Below, in pieces: positions 1-8,317 of a DNA stretch of 64,000 bases. This stretch comes from Coriobacteriia bacterium. GTDB taxonomy: Bacteria; Actinomycetota; Coriobacteriia; WRKU01; JAENWW01. How positions within the stretch are numbered: position 1 is the first letter of the stretch; every line of letters begins with the position of its first letter. The notes under the pieces are model-generated. The model saw nothing but the letters and a program-made list of their open reading frames with translations, was not told where the DNA came from and ran no database searches. The DNA lies in contig JAENWW010000005.1 of assembly GCA_016649875.1 (NCBI GenBank), positions 12,401-76,400 on the forward strand. The letters run 5' to 3'. Position numbers and translations under genes: made by a program.

Positions 1-248
1 CGGCATAAATATCTGGGATGAAATTTATCCCTGATGAAATACTTGACGGTGGTTTCGTGTTGCATAAATTCGGATTCGAAATTAGAACGTCGATGCGAGA
101 CTGTAATTCTTTGAGTAAGAATAGAAAGTACATAATATGACGTTAAAGTAAATAAAACCCGTTTGATATCGGCATTGCAATACGGTTCTATACCAAGGAA
201 TTTAGTGTAGAATCGCCTCCAAGGGTAAAGCTGCTGAAAGTGATTCTC

Positions 249-473
249 ATGGCTAACGCAAATATCGCTATTCGTATGGACGAGGCGCTCAAAAAGCAAG
301 CTGACGCGCTTTTCGACGAGATGGGCACGAATTTTATCACTGCCGTGAATATCTTCTTCAAACAAGCGCTGCGTGAAAAGCGAATACCCTTCGAAGTGAC
401 TGCCACACAAGGAGTATTCTGTGCATCAGCGGAAATGTTCAGTGGACCCGACATGGAGAGGCGGGACTTATGA
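249..473 (+). CDS. RelB/DinJ-family antitoxin (ribbon-helix-helix)
   Basis: ANIAIRMDEALKKQADALFDEMG..TAVNIFFKQALREKRIPFEV matches the RelB/DinJ pattern. Its stop overlaps the next ATG (ATGA at 470-473). Start moved from 240 to the ATG at 249. Confidence 0.85.
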   Translation: MANANIAIRMDEALKKQADALFDEMGTNFITAVNIFFKQALREKRIPFEVTATQGVFCASAEMFSGPDMERRDL

Positions 474-1411
474 AGTCGAAAAATGAACTAGTTCTGTTTC
501 AATCCCAGGATGGCGAAGTATCGCTTCCTGTAAGCGTGGATATTGATAAAGATGACATCTGGCTCAACCGTGACCAAATTTCCAAGTTATACGGTCGTGA
601 TATTAAGACAATCGGTAAGCACGTCAATAACGTTCTTAATGAGGAGCTAGCGGGGAGTGCGGATGCAGTTGTCGCAAAATTTGCGACAACTGCATCCGAC
701 GGAAAAACGTATCAAGTTGAGCATTATAACCTCGATGTCGTCATCTCTGTCGGCTATCGTGTGAAGTCCAAGCGAGGCATCGAATTTCGTCGTTGGGCTA
801 CCGACGTGCTGCGCCGCTACATCATGCAGGGCCACGCTGAAAACGAAAAGCGACTCGCCCAGCTTGCGGAAATTACTCGGATCATCGAACGCTTGCCGGG
901 TAGTCTCGAGTCCGGCCAGATCCTTGATATCGTCAGAAGTTACACAGGTGCGCTTGACTTGCTTGACGACTACGACCATCAGTCGCTGGGTCGTCCGGAG
1001 GGCAGCAAGGCGACGTATGTCCTTTCTTACGAGGAATGCCGCAACCTTATCGAGAGCATGCGCTTCTCTTCAGAAAGCGAATTGTTCGGGAATGAAAAAG
1101 ATGACTCTTTTGAGAGCAGCATCAGCGCAATTTACCAGAGCTTCGACGGGCAGGATCTTTACCCTTCTGCTCAGGAGAAGGCGGCTAACCTGCTTTACTT
1201 CGTGGTGAAGAACCATTCGTTCAGCGATGGCAACAAACGCATTGCCGCCGCGTTGTTTCTCTACTTCCTTGATAAGAACGGGCTGCTCTATAGCGATGGG
1301 CAAAAGATGTTCGATGACTACACTCTCGTGGCGGTCACCATCATGATCGCCGAGTCGCGTCCAGAGGAAAAGGAGACCATGGTCTCGCTCGTGATGAACT
1401 TTTTGGCGTAG
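470..1411 (+). CDS. RhuM-like domain + Fic/Doc domain fusion protein
   Basis: N-terminal RhuM signature (YNLDVVISVGYRVKS..GIEFRRWAT) and C-terminal Fic/Doc motif HSFSDGNKRIA. Confidence 0.85.
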   Translation: MKSKNELVLFQSQDGEVSLPVSVDIDKDDIWLNRDQISKLYGRDIKTIGKHVNNVLNEELAGSADAVVAKFATTASDGKTYQVEHYNLDVVISVGYRVKSKRGIEFRRWATDVLRRYIMQGHAENEKRLAQLAEITRIIERLPGSLESGQILDIVRSYTGALDLLDDYDHQSLGRPEGSKATYVLSYEECRNLIESMRFSSESELFGNEKDDSFESSISAIYQSFDGQDLYPSAQEKAANLLYFVVKNHSFSDGNKRIAAALFLYFLDKNGLLYSDGQKMFDDYTLVAVTIMIAESRPEEKETMVSLVMNFLA

Positions 1412-1558
1412 AGCTTCCCCACGTCGGGCTCAACGAGTACCGTTTGAGGACCAATAACTGGCAATGGCAATCAACTAGAACAAAGCAAAACAAACTATGG
1501 CTTAATAGAACTAATCACTCATTCAAGAGTAAACGTAGAGTGGGAATAGCTTTTACGC

Positions 1559-1596
1559 AAAAACCTCTCCGAAGCATTTCCACCGGGGAGGTTTTT
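1559..1596. terminator. Bidirectional intrinsic terminator
   Basis: AAAAACCTCTCCG...CGGGGAGGTTTTT inverted repeat with an A-tract and a T-tract, lying between convergent genes. Confidence 0.7.
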
Positions 1597-1692
1597 CATC
1601 TGTTGAATGTGGTTCGGTTACCGAGACGGTGCGTAATCGCGCAATGCGCATTTTTGACGCTTGCGTCATAATCAATCAATAGATATCGGCGT

Positions 1693-2556
1693 TCACCGTT
1701 GGGTATTATCCGTGCAAGCGCAGTTGAATACATCGGGGCAGGGACGTTTGAAATCTGAGGTTCGGGTATCAGGCGAGATACGTCGACCGTCAGAGATGAC
1801 AGACGAAGTCGCGATTTCCGATAGCTTCCTGATAGATTTCCGCAGAACCTCGTTGGTTGCAAAAAGAGCACTCACCGACTCAAGCGCTTTGGCGACAACG
1901 GTACTATAGTCAGCATTCCGTTCTATGAGGTCACGCGTGAAGGTTTCTCCGTCGTGACGAGGGTAACCGTTGCGCGCAGCAAGTGGCGCAAGAAGCTCAG
2001 CGAGACGCTCGGCGTCTATGGGCACACCCCTACGCACCGCATCGCTTACAATATCATCGACTAGACTGGGATCTTCCTTGAGGCGGATGAGGTCGGCAAT
2101 CGTTCTCTCCACGGTCGTAACCGGCAGTCCCTCTATAATCTTGATGTCCTGTGCGTCGATTTCCCATTGCTGATATTTGATATCGTTGCGTGTAGTTTGC
2201 TTTCGCTTCTGCATGATGAATGTATAAGGGGATGCATATAGATCGCCTATGCGTTGAACATAGGCAGCCGTCCTGCCGGCAACTATCGCATCTGGAGTTT
2301 CTTTCTTAAAGCGGTCGAAGGCGGTCTCCTTCGGGAAGATGGACATCCATGCCGCCTTTATGTCTGCAAGAGAAGCGGTTTCTCCGGCGGTGAAGCGATA
2401 GATGCCGGAGGTGAGGTTCTCTGCTCTTCCATCTGCAACCATGCGGGACAGTTGCGTTCGCCCGACGCCGGCATTCTGCGCTTGGGCAGATGAGAACAGA
2501 CCCCATTGCGACGCAGCGAGCAGTTGTAGCTCCGATATGTTAGATGACGTTTTCAT
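1693..2556 (-). CDS. Type IV toxin-antitoxin AbiEi-family antitoxin / transcriptional regulator
   Basis: N-terminal LAASQWGLFSSAQAQNAGV..LSRMVADGRAE..GIYR wHTH and GLPVTTVERTIADL motif. The likely start is the ATG at 2556, 6 nt after a TACAAT -10 box (leaderless). Confidence 0.8.
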   Translation of the reverse strand: MKTSSNISELQLLAASQWGLFSSAQAQNAGVGRTQLSRMVADGRAENLTSGIYRFTAGETASLADIKAAWMSIFPKETAFDRFKKETPDAIVAGRTAAYVQRIGDLYASPYTFIMQKRKQTTRNDIKYQQWEIDAQDIKIIEGLPVTTVERTIADLIRLKEDPSLVDDIVSDAVRRGVPIDAERLAELLAPLAARNGYPRHDGETFTRDLIERNADYSTVVAKALESVSALFATNEVLRKSIRKLSEIATSSVISDGRRISPDTRTSDFKRPCPDVFNCACTDNTQR

Positions 2557-2712
2557 ACTGCAATTGTACACTCTATTGACAACAGTTAAAGTAAAAAGTT
2601 GTGTTTCTGAACGCCTTGCAGTAGCAAAGTGCGATGGATACAACTACTCTGAGGGTTTTCGATGGCCTTTCCGGACATTTTAAGTTCTAGCCAAGCGAGC
2701 TCATATTTGTTA

Positions 2713-2727
2713 GAATACAATGTATTC
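2713..2727. promoter_or_regulatory. Palindromic operator of the relBE-like operon
   Basis: GAATACA-A-TGTATTC perfect inverted repeat overlapping -10-like hexamers just upstream of the antitoxin RBS. This is typical of TA autorepression. Confidence 0.6.
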
Positions 2728-2744
2728 AATAGAGAGGAGCGGTC

Positions 2745-2969
2745 ATGGCGACTACCACCGTGCGAATGTCTGACGACGAGATGAATCTCGTCAGGAGTTA
2801 TTCGAAATTAAAAAAGCAAACTATATCGGAAGTGCTCAGAAACGCGGTAATCGAGCAAATCGAGGACGAGTACGACTTGGCCGTTTACGACGAAGCCAAG
2901 ACGGAATTTGATAAAAATCCCGTCACAATTTCTCATGAAGAGATGGGACGAGAGCTCGGTCTCGTTTAA
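2745..2969 (+). CDS. Type II antitoxin (RHH, RelB/DUF6290-like)
   Basis: 74 aa acidic protein: TTTVRMSDDE..ISEVLRNAVIEQIEDEYDL..ISHEEMGRELGL. It has an AGGAG RBS and is coupled to the toxin (TAATG). Confidence 0.85.
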   Translation: MATTTVRMSDDEMNLVRSYSKLKKQTISEVLRNAVIEQIEDEYDLAVYDEAKTEFDKNPVTISHEEMGRELGLV

Positions 2970-3232
2970 TGTATAAGGTCGAATACTCGCTGAGAGCTCA
3001 AAAGGCGTTGCGAAAACTGGACAAAGATACGGCCCGTTTGCTCTACGCTTGGACCGGGAAGAATCTCGAAGGGTGCAAAGATCCACGAGTTCACGGAAAA
3101 GGTTTGAGCGCCAACCGCTCGGGACAATGGCGTTATCGCATTGGTGGCTATCGTCTCATAACCGAGATCCGAGAAGAAAAACTTATCATCCTCGTCCTTG
3201 AAATCGGCCATCGAAGTGACATCTACCAGTAG
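2969..3232 (+). CDS. relE: RelE/ParE-family toxin (mRNA interferase)
   Basis: YKVEYS..AQKALRKLD...GKGLSANRSGQWRYRIGGYRLI..VLEIGHRSDIY is a classic RelE sequence. Confidence 0.9.
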   Translation: MYKVEYSLRAQKALRKLDKDTARLLYAWTGKNLEGCKDPRVHGKGLSANRSGQWRYRIGGYRLITEIREEKLIILVLEIGHRSDIYQ

Positions 3233-3351
3233 ATGATTTTCGTTTTGGATGGGGACTGTTTTTTCCTTTCTTATCGTAGCCATTCATTTCATAATCTACC
3301 CAAAGTGCTATAATTCGACCAAGATATTTCTATAGTGACTAGGATACCCCT

Positions 3352-4407
3352 ATGAACAGATTCGACTACGCTAAGATACTCCCCACTCTTATGACTCCTG
3401 AGATTATGAATGCCATTTCGGGAATACATGAATATCGGGGAAAACAAGATCTGTACTTATCGAATGTGCCTGAATCCATGGATAAACTCTGTGAGATTGC
3501 CAAGATTCAAAGTACCAAGGCGTCGAACCTAATCGAAGGCATCGGCACGTCTGACAAGAGGCTGCGCGAACTTATGTCGCAGAAAATCGAGCCAAGAAAT
3601 CGCGACGAACGTGAGATATCAGGGTATCGTTTCGTACTCGATACGGTTCACGAAAACTTCCTCCATATCGATGTAACCCCCGGGATAATCTTGCAACTTC
3701 ATCGTGATCTGTACCGATATCTGAATGTTGCCTATGCCGGTCGTTGGAAGGATAGCGATAACGTCATCGCCGAAATGTCGGGAACAGGAGAGCTGGTCGC
3801 CCGATTCGTTCCGACGAGCGCGGCGATTACGCCGGAGGCTGTCGGGCAGCTCTGCGATATTTACAATGCGACAATCAAGGACGGTCTCTATGATCCGCTT
3901 CTCATAACAGCGCTATTCACTTTCGACTTTGTGAGCATCCATCCTTTCACCGATGGAAACGGAAGGCTGAGTCGACTGCTGACACTGTTACTCCTTTATA
4001 AAAACGATTATCTTGTCGGACGATATATTTCAATCGAGCATGAAATAGAAAAAACGAAGGCGACGTATTACGAAGCGCTCAAATCCAGCTCAGCGGGATG
4101 GCAGAGTGGGGATAATGATTATGTTCCGTTTGTAACCTATTTATTGGGCGTCGTCAATTCTTGCTACAAGACGCTCAGCGAACGTGTCGAGACGATGTCT
4201 GACAAGCAATCAAACCAAGAGAGAATTCGAACTTATTTCGATGGCGTGGTCGGTCCGGTGACAAAACGAGAAATCATGGACGATAATCCCGATATGAGCC
4301 AGAAAACCATCGAACGCATTTTGCAGCAGTTACAAGCCGAGGGCGTAGTTGAGAAGATAGGCGCGGCACGCTCGACGGAATATGTCCGAGTCTCCGTGAA
4401 ACCATGA
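3352..4407 (+). CDS. Fic-family AMPylase with C-terminal winged helix
   Basis: Canonical HPFTDGNGRLSR motif, N-terminal autoinhibitory SNLIEG (SxxxEG) and a C-terminal HTH. Confidence 0.9.
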   Translation: MNRFDYAKILPTLMTPEIMNAISGIHEYRGKQDLYLSNVPESMDKLCEIAKIQSTKASNLIEGIGTSDKRLRELMSQKIEPRNRDEREISGYRFVLDTVHENFLHIDVTPGIILQLHRDLYRYLNVAYAGRWKDSDNVIAEMSGTGELVARFVPTSAAITPEAVGQLCDIYNATIKDGLYDPLLITALFTFDFVSIHPFTDGNGRLSRLLTLLLLYKNDYLVGRYISIEHEIEKTKATYYEALKSSSAGWQSGDNDYVPFVTYLLGVVNSCYKTLSERVETMSDKQSNQERIRTYFDGVVGPVTKREIMDDNPDMSQKTIERILQQLQAEGVVEKIGAARSTEYVRVSVKP

Positions 4408-4413
4408 GAGTAA

Positions 4414-5328
4414 TTATTCAGCAGCCGCGTCAGCCGGCACCCATGTCGTGATGTAGCGCCACTCGTCTGGAGAAAGTTTGCCCGTCGCATCGACCCATGC
4501 CCCGTGCAATCCCAATTCCTCGGCAGCCAGTTCGAAATGGCACTTTGCGATTCCTATATCGTTCAGCTGCATATCGAAACCGGTCGCCCCGTAGCCTTTT
4601 GTTGCACACAAATAGAAATGGAAAACGCCGTCACGGGGGGCATCATTATGACCGGCGCCGTTACGGTCATTGTGGCCGGCATCGTCGGGTCCTTCGTATA
4701 CGACTCTCCACGGTTGCTTGTTCGAAGCCGACGGCCCGAGCCTCACCATTTCGAGAGGAACCGCATACGCGCCGGCCCGCTTCTCGGTAAGGGGCGTCGA
4801 CTCGTCCCCGTCGAAAAACAACTCGCCCCACGGCTTTCTGTGATCGGCACCGATCGCCTTACGCATGAGCGATTCGGGCAGGCGCAGCTTTTCCTTCGCA
4901 ATCCCGACGGGCGAGACGATCGCCAACAACTCGTCATCGCGCAAATCCACGCTCTCGCCGAAGTCTTTTCTGTTGAAGCTCCCCCCGAGCCAGCATGTCT
5001 GCAATCCCAAATCGGTGGCGAAAAGAATGATTTTCTCAAAAAGGTAGCCGAATGCGAGCTCGTCCTTGTTCTCTTTCGAGACCACCCCGACGATAAACGA
5101 ACGGGCACCCGCTATCATGCCGTACGTGCCGAGCTTCTTGCCCGGTCCCTCGGCCATTTCTTCGATGTCGACGAGAACGAACCTCGCTTTGTCGGATGAC
5201 TGAGCGTTCGAGAGTTTCACGTAGTCTTCGAGCTTCGCCCACGTGTCTGTATCGATGACAACCGTTTCATACGTACGAGAAGATTTCCTCTTTCGTATGA
5301 GTTCTTGAGCTGATTTCTGGAATTCCAT
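4414..5328 (-). CDS. Nitroreductase-family protein
   Basis: RKSSRTY, LGLQTCWLGG, PSASNKQPWR and DIGIAKCHFEL motifs (two-domain nitroreductase). GAGGT RBS precedes the ATG at 5328. Confidence 0.85.
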   Translation of the reverse strand: MEFQKSAQELIRKRKSSRTYETVVIDTDTWAKLEDYVKLSNAQSSDKARFVLVDIEEMAEGPGKKLGTYGMIAGARSFIVGVVSKENKDELAFGYLFEKIILFATDLGLQTCWLGGSFNRKDFGESVDLRDDELLAIVSPVGIAKEKLRLPESLMRKAIGADHRKPWGELFFDGDESTPLTEKRAGAYAVPLEMVRLGPSASNKQPWRVVYEGPDDAGHNDRNGAGHNDAPRDGVFHFYLCATKGYGATGFDMQLNDIGIAKCHFELAAEELGLHGAWVDATGKLSPDEWRYITTWVPADAAAE

Positions 5329-5473
5329 GGGAGACCTCACCTTCAATTCAGTCGGTGCGTGATGCATCTATGCCCATTTTACTCGTTTTGCGATTTCGGA
5401 GTCTCGAGATTTCCGTATAATGAAGTCAACCTAACGGACAAACCCGATGAGCGTTGTCGATGAAGGAAAACCG

Positions 5474-7336
5474 ATGCATAGTAAACGCACGATATTTGTG
5501 ACAATACTTCTTTCTTGCCTTTGCATTCCGAGTGCGGCCTTTGCCGCCGATGTTCAGATTTTGTTCACGCATGACCTCCATAGCTCGGTGCAACCGTACA
5601 AGGTACTGACTCCGCAAAACACCGTCAAAACGGTCGGCGGGTATGCGCAGCTGGAATCAGCCATCGATAAGACGCGCACCGGGACATCGGTGCTGGTCGA
5701 TGCGGGCGATTTTTCGGTGGGTTCGCTTTACAATCTCGTGCTGCAAGACATGAGCCCCGATCTCACGCTCATGGGCGACATGGGCTATGACGCCACGACG
5801 TTCGGGAACCATGATTTCGACTATTATCCCGACGGACTGGCGCGTATTCTCAAAGCGAGCAAGGGGCGCGGGCCCCGTATTTTGGCGGCGAATCTCGTGT
5901 ACGGCAACGATTCGGCGAGCCGGCAGCTCAAGCAGGAGATGAAAGACTACGGTTCGACACCGACGGCAATCATCACGCGCAACGGGGTGAAGATAGGGGT
6001 GTTCGGCGTCATCGGCCAACGCGCGGTCAGTTTTTCGGCCACGATGGGCGGAACCACGTGTTCCGACATCACGAAGGCATCGAAAGCGGCGGTTGCCAAG
6101 CTGAAGGCTCAGGGCGCAGACGTCATCATCGCGCTCTCGCACAACGGCACCACGGTGAATCATAAAAACTCACCCGACGAGGAATTGGCGAAAGCGGTCC
6201 CCGGAATCGATGTGATTATCAGCGGGCACTCCCATACGGTCTTGAACGCTCCGATAAAGGTGGGCAACACCCTCATCGTTTCATGTGGAAGCCGGGGCCG
6301 CTACCTGGGAGATCTCACGGTTTCGGAAAGCTCCGGCTCGGTGAAACTCAAAAGTTATCGGTTGGTTCCTGTGTCGGGACAAGGTTCTGCTGCGATGAGC
6401 GCGGCGATCAAGCCATTTCAGGCGGGAGTGAGCGCGGCGAGTGAAAAGACGCTCGGGTTTTCCGGCGACAAAGTGATTGCCTACGCACCGAGAAATCTCG
6501 ACAATGCCGACGACATACAGACGAAGTTCGGCGAATACGGTCTCGCGAACCTGATTACGGATTCCTACCTCAACGAAACGAAGGGACTGGTCGCACCGGG
6601 AGCGATAAGCGTGGTCGGTGCGGGAATGATTCGCGACAGCCTGTATAAAGGAAACGTCACCGTGTCCGATGCCTATGATGTCCTCTCGCTCGGTATCGGC
6701 CCCGACAAAAGCTTGGGCTATCCGCTCACGAGCGTCTACCTCACGGGCACGGAGTTGCGCCAGTTTTGTGATGTCGACGTTTCGATGTTTACCATCATGC
6801 CCGAGGCGCAACTGTTCTTCTCGGGTTTGCGCTATACCTACAATGACAACCGGCTTCTCATGAATCGCGTCATCGATCTGCAGGCGCAAAATGCCGACGG
6901 CACCTGGTCGAGAGTCGAACCCGACCGACTCTATAACGTGGTGAGCAGTCTTTACCTCATCAAAATGGCGGGGATGGTCAACGATACAAGCAAGGGCGTC
7001 ATCCGGCTCACACCGCGCGATAAAAACGGCAACGTCGTCAAGAACCTGGACGGTACGGTCCTTCATGATAAAAACGGTGCCGAAATAAAAGAATGGAAAG
7101 CGTTCGTCAACTATCTGGATAAAGTGAGCGCCGGAGGCACAAAGCCGATTCCGTCAAAGTACTATACCGCACGAAAACAGCGCACGCTCGTCAAGACGAC
7201 GCTCGTGACGTTGTTTGAGAAACCTTCGGCATTTGCTTGGGTTGCGGCCGGTGGACTCGTCGTGCTCATTCTCGTTGTGGCGGCGGCAGTCTACGGTATC
7301 TCTCGATTGGTCAAGGCGAAAACTACGCGGCGATGA
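5474..7336 (+). CDS. Secreted, membrane-anchored 5'-nucleotidase/metallophosphoesterase
   Basis: Signal peptide (AFA-A), calcineurin-like motifs THDLH, DAGD, GNHDFD and GHSH, a 5'-nucleotidase C domain, and a C-terminal TM helix with basic tail. Confidence 0.85.
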   Translation: MHSKRTIFVTILLSCLCIPSAAFAADVQILFTHDLHSSVQPYKVLTPQNTVKTVGGYAQLESAIDKTRTGTSVLVDAGDFSVGSLYNLVLQDMSPDLTLMGDMGYDATTFGNHDFDYYPDGLARILKASKGRGPRILAANLVYGNDSASRQLKQEMKDYGSTPTAIITRNGVKIGVFGVIGQRAVSFSATMGGTTCSDITKASKAAVAKLKAQGADVIIALSHNGTTVNHKNSPDEELAKAVPGIDVIISGHSHTVLNAPIKVGNTLIVSCGSRGRYLGDLTVSESSGSVKLKSYRLVPVSGQGSAAMSAAIKPFQAGVSAASEKTLGFSGDKVIAYAPRNLDNADDIQTKFGEYGLANLITDSYLNETKGLVAPGAISVVGAGMIRDSLYKGNVTVSDAYDVLSLGIGPDKSLGYPLTSVYLTGTELRQFCDVDVSMFTIMPEAQLFFSGLRYTYNDNRLLMNRVIDLQAQNADGTWSRVEPDRLYNVVSSLYLIKMAGMVNDTSKGVIRLTPRDKNGNVVKNLDGTVLHDKNGAEIKEWKAFVNYLDKVSAGGTKPIPSKYYTARKQRTLVKTTLVTLFEKPSAFAWVAAGGLVVLILVVAAAVYGISRLVKAKTTRR

Positions 7337-7670
7337 CGCACGCGATGAAGCGGAGTGTCTCGCTGCCGGCGCACGCTATGGAGTGCGTCTGGCCGTCGGC
7401 GGTGTAGATGGTGTCGCCACAAGACACGGAGACCGGCCCGTTTCCCTCATCGACGAAACCTTCACCGTCCAAAATAAAGTAGATCTCGAAGTCATCGATA
7501 TGCGAATGCGGCCCGATCGAAGAACCCGGTTCGAGTTCGAGCAGCTTGAACATTTTCGCTTTGCCTTTCAGCTGGGCTGCATCGGCGAGCTCGTATCCGA
7601 TCATGGCGCCGTTTCCTCCGCGAGCGTGCTCGGTCGAGGCCGATTGTAAATCTGTGAGATGGGTTATCAC
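7323..7670 (-). CDS. Cupin-domain protein
   Basis: PGSSIGPHSH..EIYFILDGEG...GD....G.THSI cupin motifs. Confidence 0.85.
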   Translation of the reverse strand: MITHLTDLQSASTEHARGGNGAMIGYELADAAQLKGKAKMFKLLELEPGSSIGPHSHIDDFEIYFILDGEGFVDEGNGPVSVSCGDTIYTADGQTHSIACAGSETLRFIACVIAA

Positions 7671-7808
7671 CGGGGGGCTCCTTATGTTTGTGCGGTTTTT
7701 TAAGATTCGGCGTGTCCGCTCGAATATATATAAATATATCGCATCGACGGTTTCGTTTCAGCGACGTGGTTTTATGCCACAGATGCTAATATAAAATAGG
7801 AGGAACTC

Positions 7809-8222
7809 ATGACAGGCTACTTGGCATCTTTGGGACTATTGATATTAAGACTCGTTATCGGTCTTACGCTTGCGGCGCAAGGTTCGCAAAAATTGTTCGG
7901 ACTATTCGGAGGAGGCGGCATCGCCGGCACCGTGGTTTGGTTCGAATCGCTCGGCATGAAGCCGGGCAAGCGCTATGCGGTGTTGGCTGGCCTCGGCGAA
8001 CTCGGTAGCGGATTGTTCTTCGCTTTCGGACTGCTCACGCCTCTTGCGGCGTTCGGCATCGTTGCCGTGATGATAGTCTGCATCTTCACCGCTTTGCGCA
8101 AAAACGGCTACTGGGCGGTGCAGGGCGGATATGAGTATAACGTGGCGATTATGGCTGCCGCGGTTTGCGTGGCACTCACCGGGCCGGGAATCTACGCCCT
8201 CGACCGTTTGCTCGGTCTGTAA
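7809..8222 (+). CDS. DoxX-family membrane protein
   Basis: LLILRLVIG..QGSQKLFGLFGGGG...GGYEYN..GPG.YALD, with an AGGAGG RBS. Confidence 0.9.
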   Translation: MTGYLASLGLLILRLVIGLTLAAQGSQKLFGLFGGGGIAGTVVWFESLGMKPGKRYAVLAGLGELGSGLFFAFGLLTPLAAFGIVAVMIVCIFTALRKNGYWAVQGGYEYNVAIMAAAVCVALTGPGIYALDRLLGL

Positions 8223-8317
8223 GGGGTTTTTGACCGCGTCTCTCCTCGTTCTTGCAATAGGGTAAAATAAAAGGAAAGGCGCGGTTTTCTTATGTCATAC
8301 GAGACAACGGTGAATAT

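Noticed and set aside
1..240. Possible gene end or short ORF at the window start
   Set aside because: No recognisable protein motif, and too little context to call.
1608..1640. GAGACGGTG segment resembling the rlmD 3'-end attachment core
   Set aside because: The match is too short, and no integrase or second copy is present in the window.
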